A stretch of 32,262 nt of DNA. Source: a virus. The notes below the pieces were generated by a model, which made no database searches, had not been told where the DNA came from, and saw nothing but the letters and a program-made list of their open reading frames with translations. The stretch is from UHGV virus genome UHGV-2051569. The stretch is one strand, 5' to 3'. The number at the start of each line of letters is the position of its first letter. Position 1 is the stretch's first letter. This document shows positions 9,113-18,473 of this stretch, piece after piece. The position numbers and the translations under genes are program-made.

Positions 9113-10072
9113 TTAACAGCCTAACGCTAAAAATGAAGCGCCGAGGCCAGGAGTACTGGCTCTGGATATAAATTTAACCGGGTCGGGACTAAAACCTGCA
9201 CAGGCAATATAACCAACAGCCCCGCTATCTGGTGTGTAGTCTTGTGAGACCAAAACACGCAGACATCTGTTTGGAAATGCAATCGGGAAATGGGTTACTA
9301 CATCCTGTGCAATGCCTGGTGCGCCGATTGAGCCCCACTGAAGAATAAAACCTGATGGTAATTTTTGATATCCAGTACCTGAAACAGAAAGCGTGAAGCT
9401 ACCCATATCAGGTATCTGATTCGCCCCTGTCCCTACATTCCTTTTAGCCGCTTCTCCCAAACCAAGGTTTTTAAGAACGTCGCCGGCCAGTCCCGCGTCA
9501 ACCATTTCTTTCAGAGCATTAGCGATTAACGGGTACTGCTTGTGTGGATTGGCGGCCTCAACATGTTTTTTCATCAGGTCATCAGCATATCCTTTCACCT
9601 CGATAATCTTGTCGTCGACATACTGGCGCGTTGCCAGCACGACTGCCGGGTCGATTTTCAGGGTGATTGCCGATGTGCTCGACACAATCAGAATCATGCG
9701 AATGGTCTGCGTGCGACCGCTTCCCTCCTGCAGTTGTGGCTTGTAGGTCTCCGGACAGTTCGCCACGGCAATCAGAATACCATCATCGTCATAGAGACCA
9801 ATCTCGCGGATCCAGAAACCACCTTCATTCTCGGGAATAATCTGTTCCGCGATAATCTGACTGGTATTGGCCGGGTCAACGGTCAGCAGGTTCAGCGGCG
9901 CGATGCGTTTCTGGTTAATGAGCTTCGTCTGCGCCGGGTCAGGGGTCGGCAACGTACCATTCGCATCACCGACGGCCATCTGCGTCAGGTTGAGTTTGGT
10001 ACCGAGTGCCGCCGCGTTCGCCAGCCGCGCCGCGCCCTGATTGGTCAGAATGGCAAAATATTTTGCGGTCAT
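9113..10072 (-). CDS. H: Tail fibre protein (P2 gpH-like), constant N-terminus plus currently in-frame variable C-terminus
   Basis: N-terminal motifs shared with P2 H as recalled (MAVGD, IAVAN...YKP...EGSGR...IVSS...YVDDKI); the C-terminal ~110 aa lie inside the invertible segment. Confidence 0.85.
   Translation of the reverse strand: MTAKYFAILTNQGAARLANAAALGTKLNLTQMAVGDANGTLPTPDPAQTKLINQKRIAPLNLLTVDPANTSQIIAEQIIPENEGGFWIREIGLYDDDGILIAVANCPETYKPQLQEGSGRTQTIRMILIVSSTSAITLKIDPAVVLATRQYVDDKIIEVKGYADDLMKKHVEAANPHKQYPLIANALKEMVDAGLAGDVLKNLGLGEAAKRNVGTGANQIPDMGSFTLSVSGTGYQKLPSGFILQWGSIGAPGIAQDVVTHFPIAFPNRCLRVLVSQDYTPDSGAVGYIACAGFSPDPVKFISRASTPGLGASFLALGC
9452..9477. repeat. Right crossover site (hix/gix-like) inside the H coding sequence
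   Basis: ttctcccaaaccaaggtttttaagaa; encodes ...LKNLGLGE at the junction between the constant and variable parts of H. Confidence 0.7.
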
Positions 10073-10677
10073 GCGTTCACTCTCAGATTATCAATCAAAT
10101 GGATGGCCGAGGCCGGGTAATATTCACCGCCGACGACAATCTCCTCGGGGGTGTAGGGGTAAACAGTCAGCGCGTCGCCGTGATAGCATCCCGCGCCGAC
10201 ATACAGTTCGCCGGTCGAGCTCAGACTGATAGCCAGCCCGGTCAGGTGGCGACTTGCCGGTTTGGCGTCTTCAATCAGGCGCTCAAGCTCCTGATACATT
10301 TCGTCAGTGATGCCGCTGTCGAGGACGCCAACAACGAGGCGGAATGTGCCTGGCTCCTCGTCGAGTTGCCACCACTCGCGCACCTCAATCAGAAAGCCGA
10401 GCGGCTCGACGACCCGACGCAATGCGCTGATGGTGCCTTTGTGCTGATGGACGAAAAACGAGGACGCGCAGACGCTGCGCTTTGTCGCCTCCGGCCATTT
10501 CTCATCCCACCTGTCGACCGACAGCGCCCACGCCAGATACGGCAGCAGCTTTACCGGGCAGGTGCGCCAGTTCCACAGGGTGCGCAGCGGTACCGGCACG
10601 TGCTGAATCTCAGAGAACGCAGCGGCGGCGGCGACCTCCAGCGGCGACGAGCCAACGGGTAATAGCCGGTCATTCAT
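10069..10677 (-). CDS. I: Baseplate/tail protein I (P2 gpI-like)
   Basis: 202-aa ORF between J and H with overlapping start/stop codons. Confidence 0.85.
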   Translation of the reverse strand: MNDRLLPVGSSPLEVAAAAAFSEIQHVPVPLRTLWNWRTCPVKLLPYLAWALSVDRWDEKWPEATKRSVCASSFFVHQHKGTISALRRVVEPLGFLIEVREWWQLDEEPGTFRLVVGVLDSGITDEMYQELERLIEDAKPASRHLTGLAISLSSTGELYVGAGCYHGDALTVYPYTPEEIVVGGEYYPASAIHLIDNLRVNA

Positions 10678-11578
10678 CCGAGCCCCCGATAGTTATCTGG
10701 TACTCGGTACAGTTCGACGCCTGCGACTTACTCAGCACTATGTCGGCCTGCGGTGATGTCAGCTCGACACGCTGCACCCCCTCAACATGCAGCGCCGCAT
10801 AAATGGCTGACAGACGGATATCACGCCCGAGGCGGTGCTGCGCGCTGATGTAGCTCTGCAGCTTCTGCTCTGACGCCTGCCTGATGGGTTCAGATTCGGG
10901 GCCGGGGTAAACATAGATCGTCGCGTCAATCTGGTACGGCACAATCTCGGCTGACTGGACGGTCACCCGGTCAGCTACCGGGCGCACATCTTCGGCGTTC
11001 AGCGCTTTATCAACAATCGCCAGTAGCTCAGGGCTGGCAGTGCCGTCCCCCTCACGCGATAGCACGGTAATCGTCACGCAGGCTGGCGACGGGCTGGCGA
11101 CCGAAACGTCAGCGACCCGCCCGTCGGCGCTGCGGCCGTGATACTCATATGCACCGACCGGACCCGCCACGCTCAATCCCTCAAACGCCTGTTGCGTGCG
11201 CAGTCGCAGGTCGGTATCAGATTCCATAACGGCAGGTGTCGGCGGGATGGTGGTATCATCCGCCGGGGTGATGGTCAGGCGTTCGGTATTATTGTTCCCG
11301 GCTACGACGTCGAGGTCGTTACCGGCGGAGTAGGCCAGCGTCACCGCCTGCGCGGCTTCGTTCACCCGCTGACGCCAGATAACTTCACGGTAGGCGTTTT
11401 CCTGCAGCAGCTTAACAACCGGCTCTGACTCAAGTGTGAGCGTCCGGGCAATGGCCTCCTGCTGGTCTTCTGGATAGAGCGATATCAGCGTCGCTTTGCG
11501 TTCCGCAAGGATGGTTTCATAGTCCAGTTCCTCAACCACATCGGGAACGGGTAACTGACTCAGGTCAACGGTTGCCAT
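10670..11578 (-). CDS. J: Baseplate assembly protein J (P2 gpJ-like)
   Basis: 302-aa ORF in conserved W-J-I order. Confidence 0.9.
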   Translation of the reverse strand: MATVDLSQLPVPDVVEELDYETILAERKATLISLYPEDQQEAIARTLTLESEPVVKLLQENAYREVIWRQRVNEAAQAVTLAYSAGNDLDVVAGNNNTERLTITPADDTTIPPTPAVMESDTDLRLRTQQAFEGLSVAGPVGAYEYHGRSADGRVADVSVASPSPACVTITVLSREGDGTASPELLAIVDKALNAEDVRPVADRVTVQSAEIVPYQIDATIYVYPGPESEPIRQASEQKLQSYISAQHRLGRDIRLSAIYAALHVEGVQRVELTSPQADIVLSKSQASNCTEYQITIGGSDE

Positions 11579-11584
11579 AGTTAT

Positions 11585-11932
11585 TTAACTCAGTGAAACA
11601 GTGGTTGAAACTGACGCACCGGTATCGGTACGCATCCCGGTAATATCGACATACATCTCGCCAGCGTCGCCGGCCTCAAAGCTGATGGATGTATGCCTGA
11701 TGCGCGGTTCCCACTTCTGGATAGCCGAATAGCACGCCACCATAATTTGCAGCCTGAGCGCCGGGTTTTGCGGCATATCAATCAGCGCCGACAGAAGCGA
11801 GCCATATTCACGACGCATCACCCGCGAGCCGACCGGCGTCAGCAGAATATCGCGCATGCTCTGGCTGATATGCTCGGTATCGCTGATGCCAAGGCCGGTA
11901 TTTCGGTTCATCCCCTGATAGCGCGCCGTCAT
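11585..11932 (-). CDS. W: Baseplate protein W (gp25/GPW lysozyme-like fold family)
   Basis: 115-aa ORF following V; P2 gpW-like. Confidence 0.85.
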   Translation of the reverse strand: MTARYQGMNRNTGLGISDTEHISQSMRDILLTPVGSRVMRREYGSLLSALIDMPQNPALRLQIMVACYSAIQKWEPRIRHTSISFEAGDAGEMYVDITGMRTDTGASVSTTVSLS

Positions 11933-12564
11933 AACGGTGCCCCCGTTTGCCCGCCGCTGTCGCCCGGGTGTTTATGGGTGTGGAGTACCTTGCCATTAGA
12001 CGACAGTGACCCGCCGGTATGTTCGATATTGCCGCTCATCTTGCCGCCTTTCTGCACCTCAAGCGTCGCCGTCGTTAGCTTATTGGTGCAAATCACCTCC
12101 GGGGTGTCGAGGGTGATACTGGTCGAGGCTTTCACCAGTACCAGCGGTACAGTTGCGGTGATGGACTCCGATGCCGTCACGTCGGCCGTTTTTATGCCGC
12201 TGACCGTCAGCGCGCCGGTTTCGGGCTCGTACTCAATGACCGCACCATCAGGGAAAGCCACATGCCACGCATCCGCCGAGGCAGACGGGGCGGGGTTATC
12301 GTCGGAGAAAATACCCGGCAGCACGAAAGCGGTATCAAGCTCGCCACCGATTGCCAGCAGCAGAACCTGCTCACCGACCGAGGGAGCCCACCACGTCCGC
12401 GAACGACCGGCGCGGGTGGTCAGCCAGTTCAGCCATGTAGTCTGGATCCCGCCGCTTTGTACGCGGCACAGCCCCTGCACAGTATCGACCTCAGTCACCA
12501 CGCCTGAGCGGATGAGGTTGCGAATGGCACGTGCTAACTCTTGAATGGTGTTTAATGTGTTCAT
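11929..12564 (-). CDS. V: Baseplate spike/assembly protein V (P2 gpV-like)
   Basis: Product MNTLNTIQELARAIRNLIRSGVV... matches P2 gpV N-terminus as recalled; start set at the ATG two codons inside the track ORF. Confidence 0.9.
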   Translation of the reverse strand: MNTLNTIQELARAIRNLIRSGVVTEVDTVQGLCRVQSGGIQTTWLNWLTTRAGRSRTWWAPSVGEQVLLLAIGGELDTAFVLPGIFSDDNPAPSASADAWHVAFPDGAVIEYEPETGALTVSGIKTADVTASESITATVPLVLVKASTSITLDTPEVICTNKLTTATLEVQKGGKMSGNIEHTGGSLSSNGKVLHTHKHPGDSGGQTGAPL

Positions 12565-12701
12565 GAACAAAGAATGCCGATTGTTAAAGCCAAGAGCAAA
12601 ACGATTCAGCTGTATGCTCTTCTACACAATTCGGTGTGCATTCATGTATCATTTGAGTGTTGACTCATTCGAAAATCACACAAAACATATGGCAGGTAGT
12701 A

Positions 12702-13538
12702 ATGAAAAGAACTTCATCTTTTAGGCGTACAATAAGCAATATGAAATATATTATAGGTATCTTTTTTTTATACTCCGGGCTTATAGTAGGGTTGTCTGTT
12801 TATAATGATAACTACAACTCAAAATTCATGGAGAATTTTCTTGTTAATGCAAATTCTTCAATTTTAGATTTTCTTGTTTTGGGTGTGATTCTTTACTATT
12901 TTGAAAATAAAAGGCAAAATAAAGATGCTATTCACGAACTAATTGAAGATCTTGAAAATCTGGCAAAGCATTCTTCTGCAGAACTGAATATTATGAAGAT
13001 AAAAATCATACGTCAGTTAAATGCTAAAGGAATATATAACATTCAAGTTCCAAGGATTGAACTTGATAAAATGTCCACTATCAAATATTTACATTTTAAA
13101 GACGCTGACTTAACCGGCTTGAATATGAGCGAATCATACATTAGAGATTGTTCTTTCGATAATTGCACAATTCAAGCTCTAAATATTACAGGCAATAGAG
13201 TTAAGAGTGTTAAATTCAAAAACTGCAAGCTAAGAAATATTAAGGCATTTAATACATGTTTTCAAAATGTCACTTTCGAAAACTGCAGTTTTGAAGGGGG
13301 GTATTTTACAGATAGCGAAATGAAAAGCTGCATATTAAAAGGATGTGATTTTAAATCCGTTACTTATGAAGGGGCTAACATGCGGAATGCAAATCTATTA
13401 AATTCAATTAACATTAACGTTAAAGAACTTGTTAAAGCAAAAAACATAGATTATTTAATTTGTGATGAGCAAATTAAAAATGAAATAAGAAAGGAAAACC
13501 CAGCAATAAAAATATCGAGAGGAATAATACGAGGTTAG
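12702..13538 (+). CDS. Cargo (moron) gene: membrane-anchored pentapeptide-repeat protein, function unknown
   Basis: AT-rich ORF antisense to the flanking late genes. It has two N-terminal hydrophobic helices (YIIGIFFLYSGLIVGLSVY, ILDFLVLGVILYYF) and about 20 consecutive 5-residue repeats with a hydrophobic fifth position (KDADL TGLNM SESYI RDCSF DNCTI ...). Start chosen at MKRTSS with a weak AGGT RBS. Confidence 0.6.
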   Translation: MKRTSSFRRTISNMKYIIGIFFLYSGLIVGLSVYNDNYNSKFMENFLVNANSSILDFLVLGVILYYFENKRQNKDAIHELIEDLENLAKHSSAELNIMKIKIIRQLNAKGIYNIQVPRIELDKMSTIKYLHFKDADLTGLNMSESYIRDCSFDNCTIQALNITGNRVKSVKFKNCKLRNIKAFNTCFQNVTFENCSFEGGYFTDSEMKSCILKGCDFKSVTYEGANMRNANLLNSININVKELVKAKNIDYLICDEQIKNEIRKENPAIKISRGIIRG

Positions 13539-13628
13539 GGAATCGAACCCAACTCAGTGGGCACGCCCACCTAGACACCAGTCCACCTCTATCGCTGAGT
13601 TATATAATAATTCTCAGCGAATCCAAAG

Positions 13629-14084
13629 TCAATGGCGTTGACATAAAGCATCCATAATTAAACTCTCAACTTTTTGTAAGTCTGATGAAGAGTATCCGAG
13701 CAACGGTCGCGCCTCGTACTGCACATCCCGGCTGTTGCGGTTTGGCCGGTCTTTTAGGCCGTACTGATGCACCCGCGCCATGCGCTGCACCTTGCCGGTA
13801 AACTCCACCACCGCCGCACTGTCGCTGCCTTTGGCTTTCATAAAGCGACTGGTGCGCAGTTTGGCGAACATTTCACGTTTAATCCGACCTTTCTTGCTCC
13901 GCACCGGCTGGCGCTTTCGTGCCGCATACGGGGTGCCGTCGGGTGCCTGCTGGCGCTTGATACGCTGTTGCTGACTGGTACGCAGCTTTTTCGCAACCTC
14001 AACCGCCATTTGCCGACGTGCCGCCGGTGACAGGCTGGCAATCAGACCGGCAAGGCGTTCCTGCAGCGCGGTTAATTCACTCAT
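13629..14084 (-). CDS. S: Tail completion / virion morphogenesis protein S (P2 gpS-like)
   Basis: 151-aa basic protein in the conserved position after R. Confidence 0.8.
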   Translation of the reverse strand: MSELTALQERLAGLIASLSPAARRQMAVEVAKKLRTSQQQRIKRQQAPDGTPYAARKRQPVRSKKGRIKREMFAKLRTSRFMKAKGSDSAAVVEFTGKVQRMARVHQYGLKDRPNRNSRDVQYEARPLLGYSSSDLQKVESLIMDALCQRH

Positions 14085-14553
14085 CCCACTTACTCACCAG
14101 TTCGCCGTTAACGTACAGCTCGACCGGGCGCGTCACCGGCTCAGGCAGTGGCTGCTCAGGGGCATAGCTGACGTGCAGCGCGCCGTCGACCTCTTTGACG
14201 AGCGTGCGCTCGGTGAGCCTCAGGCTGATACTGATATCGAGCGAATCGTCGTTATTGATATCAATAATCCAGGTGAATCCTTTTTCCCGCCCGTCGTCGG
14301 TGGTCATAATGTCCGGCTGATGTTCACGCAGCCACGCCTGCACCGGCACGAATATCAAATCAAGGTCACCGGTGAAGTCGGTCACCACCACGTTAAGCAC
14401 GTACACCTTTTCAAACGACAGCGAGCTCGCCAGTCGGGAATCGGTATGGCCGTTGTCGGCAAAAAGGCGCAGCATATCGGGATTATTTCGGAGCTGCGGC
14501 ACGGCGTTAATCAGCGCTTTGCGCAGGCTTTTGTGCTTCTGCATCGAGTTCAT
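14077..14553 (-). CDS. R: Tail completion protein R (P2 gpR-like)
   Basis: 158-aa ORF between the lysis cassette and S. Confidence 0.85.
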   Translation of the reverse strand: MNSMQKHKSLRKALINAVPQLRNNPDMLRLFADNGHTDSRLASSLSFEKVYVLNVVVTDFTGDLDLIFVPVQAWLREHQPDIMTTDDGREKGFTWIIDINNDDSLDISISLRLTERTLVKEVDGALHVSYAPEQPLPEPVTRPVELYVNGELVSKWDE

Positions 14554-14797
14554 CCTGACAGTGTTTGACGGTTTTAACCTGCAGCGCGCAGGCGGTCAGC
14601 GCGCCCTCAAGACGGCGGATATCTGCGCTCAGGTCACCATTGGTTTTCGGGTCACTTCCCGGCATCGGACAAAGGCTCACCCTCGGGCATCCGCTGACCA
14701 CAATCACCGGCACTGGCGCAGGCGGTGCGGGTGTGCAGCCGACGCACAACATCAGGCAAAGCAGCGTTATACCAGCGGCGAAAGGCTTCATTTTCAT
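14507..14797 (-). CDS. lysC: LysC, Rz1-like outer-membrane spanin lipoprotein
   Basis: Signal peptide with lipobox LCVGC followed by a Pro-rich segment; embedded out of frame in the 3' part of lysB and overlapping R. Confidence 0.75.
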   Translation of the reverse strand: MKMKPFAAGITLLCLMLCVGCTPAPPAPVPVIVVSGCPRVSLCPMPGSDPKTNGDLSADIRRLEGALTACALQVKTVKHCQDELDAEAQKPAQSAD

Positions 14798-15065
14798 TAA
14801 GTAACCTCGTTATCGTCTGCTCACGGCGGCTGGCCTCTGCGCTGGCCTTTGCGAGCTGTTCGCGCAGTTCCACCTGCGCGGATTCATTACGTCGGGCAAG
14901 CTGACCGGCAACACTGAGCTGATTTTTCAGCATGCCAATCGTCGTCTTTTGTTCGCTTGCGACGCGGTTTGCCGTCTCAAAGGAGCGGGATAAATTGCCG
15001 TTCTCATGGCGCAACCACAGCAGCCCGAGCACGGCCAGCACCAGCAGCGTTATCAGGATTTTCAT
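14652..15065 (-). CDS. lysB: LysB, Rz-like inner-membrane spanin
   Basis: N-terminal transmembrane segment MKILITLLVLAVLGLLWL followed by a coiled-coil periplasmic domain; start set at the internal ATG overlapping the K stop. Confidence 0.8.
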   Translation of the reverse strand: MKILITLLVLAVLGLLWLRHENGNLSRSFETANRVASEQKTTIGMLKNQLSVAGQLARRNESAQVELREQLAKASAEASRREQTITRLLNENEAFRRWYNAALPDVVRRLHTRTACASAGDCGQRMPEGEPLSDAGK

Positions 15066-15559
15066 GCCATCACCCCGCCAGCCGTGCGCCACACAGTGAC
15101 CAGTTTGTCGAGGCTGTGCTCACGCTGGCCGTAACCTGCACCCGGCAGCGACGCCCATATATTGCGGCAACGTGAAATTGCTCGCTCAATACGCCCCGCT
15201 TTAATATCCTCAATGGCACCGCGCTCCCGGATTAACTGAATCGCAAGTTTGTCCTGCGACAACGGGCTGAAATCAGGCAATGCGAGCTGTTTCTGATAGT
15301 GCGGCCAGTAGAGATAAAGCTGCTGGTAACGCCCTGATGCCGTGGATTTTTCGCCGCGTCGATTAAACACTTTCGCTGGTCTGCCATGTGCGAAAGGGTG
15401 GTCGGTGTAGTCGGTGAAAATTTCCGGCTTGCCATCAATGCCAGTGACAATGACGTCGTAACCACGATTTTTCGTCAGCGGATGCGTCGCCGTCCCTTCG
15501 GAATAGGCCAGCATGTCCAGAAACGCGGCGATATTCTGGTGAGTATTAATGACCGGCAT
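15062..15559 (-). CDS. K: Endolysin (P2 gpK-like lysozyme)
   Basis: 165-aa product MPVINTHQNIAAFLDMLAYSEGTA... matching P2 K as recalled; the track ORF has an upstream in-frame extension that is trimmed. Confidence 0.9.
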   Translation of the reverse strand: MPVINTHQNIAAFLDMLAYSEGTATHPLTKNRGYDVIVTGIDGKPEIFTDYTDHPFAHGRPAKVFNRRGEKSTASGRYQQLYLYWPHYQKQLALPDFSPLSQDKLAIQLIRERGAIEDIKAGRIERAISRCRNIWASLPGAGYGQREHSLDKLVTVWRTAGGVMA

Positions 15560-15842
15560 CGCTATCCCCCTTTTGTGACTTAAAGCGGCGCTGAATGGCG
15601 ATTTCCACCACCTGATAACCTGCAATGCCGAGCATGGATCCAATCCCACAAACGGCAGGCAGTGACATATCTGGAAACTGCACCAGAACAACACCGGCGA
15701 CCATTGAAACAAAACCGCCGAGCAGCATGCGGCCGATAAACAGGCGCGGGGTAATGGGCTCACCACCCGCCAGCACTTTTCCGACAACAATCATCACGCC
15801 AATCACAAACAGTGACAGGACGCCTTTTTCCCCTTCTGTCAT
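15546..15842 (-). CDS. Y: Holin (P2 gpY-like)
   Basis: 98-aa protein with hydrophobic membrane segments and a charged C-terminus, directly upstream of the endolysin. Confidence 0.85.
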   Translation of the reverse strand: MTEGEKGVLSLFVIGVMIVVGKVLAGGEPITPRLFIGRMLLGGFVSMVAGVVLVQFPDMSLPAVCGIGSMLGIAGYQVVEIAIQRRFKSQKGDSDAGH

Positions 15843-15845
15843 GGT

Positions 15846-16049
15846 TTACTCCCAAAGGTTGATAGTTTCTGTTACGGGTGACGATGCCACGTCGGGCAGG
15901 TCAATTGCCGTGCCATGCGGCAGAATGACGCCCAGCTCAGACAGACCGGGATTAGCCTGCAGCACCGCCTCGACCACGCCCTCAGTGCGCCCGTAATACC
16001 GGGCGCAAAGCGCGTCGATGGTGTCGCCCTGCATCGCGTAGACTTTCAT
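15846..16049 (-). CDS. X: Tail protein X (P2 gpX-like)
   Basis: 67-aa ORF between L and the holin. Confidence 0.8.
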   Translation of the reverse strand: MKVYAMQGDTIDALCARYYGRTEGVVEAVLQANPGLSELGVILPHGTAIDLPDVASSPVTETINLWE

Positions 16050-16558
16050 CAGAGCTGACCCACGATACAGCGCGGCTTATCCTGCAGGCGCGAGACCGAC
16101 CAGCGCATATCCCGCCACAGGTCATCAATGGTGGTTTCGACGCTGTCGGCTTTTTTGTCACCCTTGCCGGTGGCCTCAACCCCGCGATAACGCTCATACA
16201 GGGTGGCGGTCGCCATCGCCGTCACGGCGCTGAGGTAGTGGAAAACGCGCACATTCTCGCCGTCGATTTCCTCGGCGTCAGGCACGTCGGCCAGTGTCTT
16301 AAACCCTGCGGCAATCTGGCGCAGCCGGTAGTCGTAAAGCTCCGCATTGGTTTCCGCCATGCCGGTCTTGATGGCGTTGCGCAGGCGCGCATCGGAAACC
16401 GTCTGCTCAAGGCGCATCAGCTCGCGCACCCGCTTCGGATCCACATCAGGGAAAAAGAACGTGTTTTTAATCACTGCGTCGCCCGTCTCCGGTGCGGGAA
16501 TCACCACGCCCGGTACGTCCTGCGGTTCGTCGGGCTGATTCAGTATTACTGTCGTCAT
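16049..16558 (-). CDS. L: Head completion/stabilisation protein L (P2 gpL-like)
   Basis: 169-aa ORF downstream of M. Confidence 0.85.
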   Translation of the reverse strand: MTTVILNQPDEPQDVPGVVIPAPETGDAVIKNTFFFPDVDPKRVRELMRLEQTVSDARLRNAIKTGMAETNAELYDYRLRQIAAGFKTLADVPDAEEIDGENVRVFHYLSAVTAMATATLYERYRGVEATGKGDKKADSVETTIDDLWRDMRWSVSRLQDKPRCIVGQL

Positions 16559-16651
16559 GACAACCTCATTAGGTTGGGCGGTGGACGCCGGTCGCCGTCA
16601 GGGTCAAAACCCGCTTTGACCGGCGTGCCGCCCGGCTCGGGGAGCGTTCAG

Positions 16652-17401
16652 TTAACCGGCGGTTTTTACCGCCTTTGGTGGACGCCCGCGCTTTGCCGCC
16701 GGTTTGGTGGCAGGTTTGCGCGTGCGCGGTTTAGTCGTTTTACGGGGCGCGGCATCGGGCTTAGGCTTCAATGCCCGCTCCAGTCGCTCAATCTCTTTGC
16801 GCACACCGGCATTGCGGTCGAGCTGCATCGCGCGCTGAAACTGTGCCAGTGCTTCGGCGCTCTGACCGGCATCGCGCAGGGTTAGACCGGTCACCTTATG
16901 CAGTCGAGCGCGCACCATATCGGGAACGTCAGCGCCGTCGGTCAGGCTAAGGGTGGTCAGCAGTAATGCGAGGTCGACAGGCTCACCGGCATCGCGCAGG
17001 CGCAGCGCGGCAAGCGCCACCTCCTCAACCAGCATGTAAGGTGTCGTGCGGCGATAGTCAGAGGTGAGGCCGTGCTTCAGCGCGTATGGCGCAATTTCCA
17101 GCGCGCCAGCGATATCACCGGCATCGAGACGCCACAGCATGACTGTCATCAGAATGTCATCCTGCGCACCACGGCCATCAGCCAGCACACCGGCGACCCA
17201 CGGCGCATAGAACGGCAGCAGCTCACGCTTTTTCGCGGCTTTCAGTTCGTTTGAACGGATGGTTTTCAACGTGCGGCGGTCATCGGCCAGCTTTACCAGC
17301 ATCTGCTCGTAGGCGGTTGCATGGCGCAGCGGGGCTTGTTCCCGCTGCGCGGCTTGAGAGGCCGAGACCCGCATCATGTGACGCTGTGCGGGGCTCGTCA
17401 T
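16652..17401 (-). CDS. M: Terminase small (endonuclease) subunit M
   Basis: Product MTSPAQRHMMRVSA... matches P2 gpM N-terminus as recalled, with a basic Lys/Pro-rich C-terminal tail; the track ORF N-terminal extension is trimmed. Confidence 0.9.
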   Translation of the reverse strand: MTSPAQRHMMRVSASQAAQREQAPLRHATAYEQMLVKLADDRRTLKTIRSNELKAAKKRELLPFYAPWVAGVLADGRGAQDDILMTVMLWRLDAGDIAGALEIAPYALKHGLTSDYRRTTPYMLVEEVALAALRLRDAGEPVDLALLLTTLSLTDGADVPDMVRARLHKVTGLTLRDAGQSAEALAQFQRAMQLDRNAGVRKEIERLERALKPKPDAAPRKTTKPRTRKPATKPAAKRGRPPKAVKTAG

Positions 17402-17405
17402 GGGC

Positions 17406-18473
17406 TTACTCTCCGCTTTCCGGTGCTGCAGGTGCGGTGAAATCGCCCAGGGTGATGTTTTCCAGCAGACACCCGGCGGCATACGCCTCGACCACATAGT
17501 CGATATTCATTGACTCGTAGTTTTCCACGCGGTCTTTTTTCGGGTTTTCATCAATGCTGCGGCGGTGGCTCTCATCCATGAAATAGATAGAGAGGTTTTC
17601 CAGCGTTGTCACTAACACGGCATTCGCCGGGAAGTACGGCACACGCACAGCAGGCAGGTTGCCGATTCGCTTCTGGCTGATGATGATATCTGCCGCGAGC
17701 GCTTCGCTGTTTTCTTGCGGCTTGTTCACCAGTGGGAAATATTTGTCGGCCAGCAGCTTACGGCCAACGATGGCAACGAGTTTCGGGTCATCCTGATAAA
17801 CCTCGTCAATCAGGTTGTTGGTAGCATCCATCACCAGCGCGTCGAGGTTCTCATAGTCGCCGTTTTTACCGACGCGAATCACTGCCGAAACGACCTTACC
17901 GTCAGCATCGGTGATATTGCTCATCACACGCGTCGGGGCTTCGTTGCGGTATTTCTGCAGCCAGCCGATGGCTACATCCTGCAGCATCGGATTTTTGGTG
18001 CGGTCAGAGGTGGCGGCGCGGGTGGTACCGTTAAAACCGGCCATGATGAAATCGAGCGCCTGACGCTTAACAATGGCGTCACGGATGCGGCGCTGAAAGT
18101 CCTGAAAACGCGCCCACAGGTCGAGGGTTTTATATTTCAGATGGAAGTCAAAGTTAATCTGGTCGCACTCGTACTTGTTGGACTCAAGCGCGGTGAAGTC
18201 TGCGGTCTTACGCTCATCATCGCCCGAGGTGTCGGTCGTGCTGGCGATAGTACCGGTCACACCGACGCCGATTTTCTCACCCTTCATTTCTGCGACCGGC
18301 AGAATGTTAATCGTCTGCAGAAACGCGGATGACTCCTGCACTTTGTTCATCAGCGTTTGCGTGACGGACGGCTCGACGGTGAATTTTTTACTGACGTCAT
18401 CAGTGCTGATGCCGTTCAGCTCAGCGACGCGGGTCAGATAGGCATTGAACTTAAAACGGGTTTCCGGGCGCAT
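17406..18473 (-). CDS. N: Major capsid protein N
   Basis: 355-aa product MRPETRFKFNAYLTRVAELNGI..., near-collinear with P2 gpN as recalled. Confidence 0.95.
   Translation of the reverse strand: MRPETRFKFNAYLTRVAELNGISTDDVSKKFTVEPSVTQTLMNKVQESSAFLQTINILPVAEMKGEKIGVGVTGTIASTTDTSGDDERKTADFTALESNKYECDQINFDFHLKYKTLDLWARFQDFQRRIRDAIVKRQALDFIMAGFNGTTRAATSDRTKNPMLQDVAIGWLQKYRNEAPTRVMSNITDADGKVVSAVIRVGKNGDYENLDALVMDATNNLIDEVYQDDPKLVAIVGRKLLADKYFPLVNKPQENSEALAADIIISQKRIGNLPAVRVPYFPANAVLVTTLENLSIYFMDESHRRSIDENPKKDRVENYESMNIDYVVEAYAAGCLLENITLGDFTAPAAPESGE

Larger units (their letters stand above)
7584..9477. mobile_element. Invertible DNA segment (tail-fibre host-range switch) bounded by inverted crossover sites
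   Basis: 26-bp inverted repeats at 7584-7609 and 9452-9477 (22/26 identical after reverse complement) enclose two convergent sets of tail-fibre C-terminus plus assembly chaperone; the invertase gene is adjacent. Confidence 0.75.

Noticed and set aside
13539-13628. tRNA-like fragment (ggaatcgaaccc, resembling a T-arm) and a hairpin downstream of the moron
   Set aside because: No complete cloverleaf could be built: the T-stem pairs only 3-4 of 5, and there is no acceptor stem or anticodon arm. The hairpin cgctgag...ctcagcg lacks a U-tract on either strand. It may be an acquisition scar or weak terminator but is not supportable as a tRNA.
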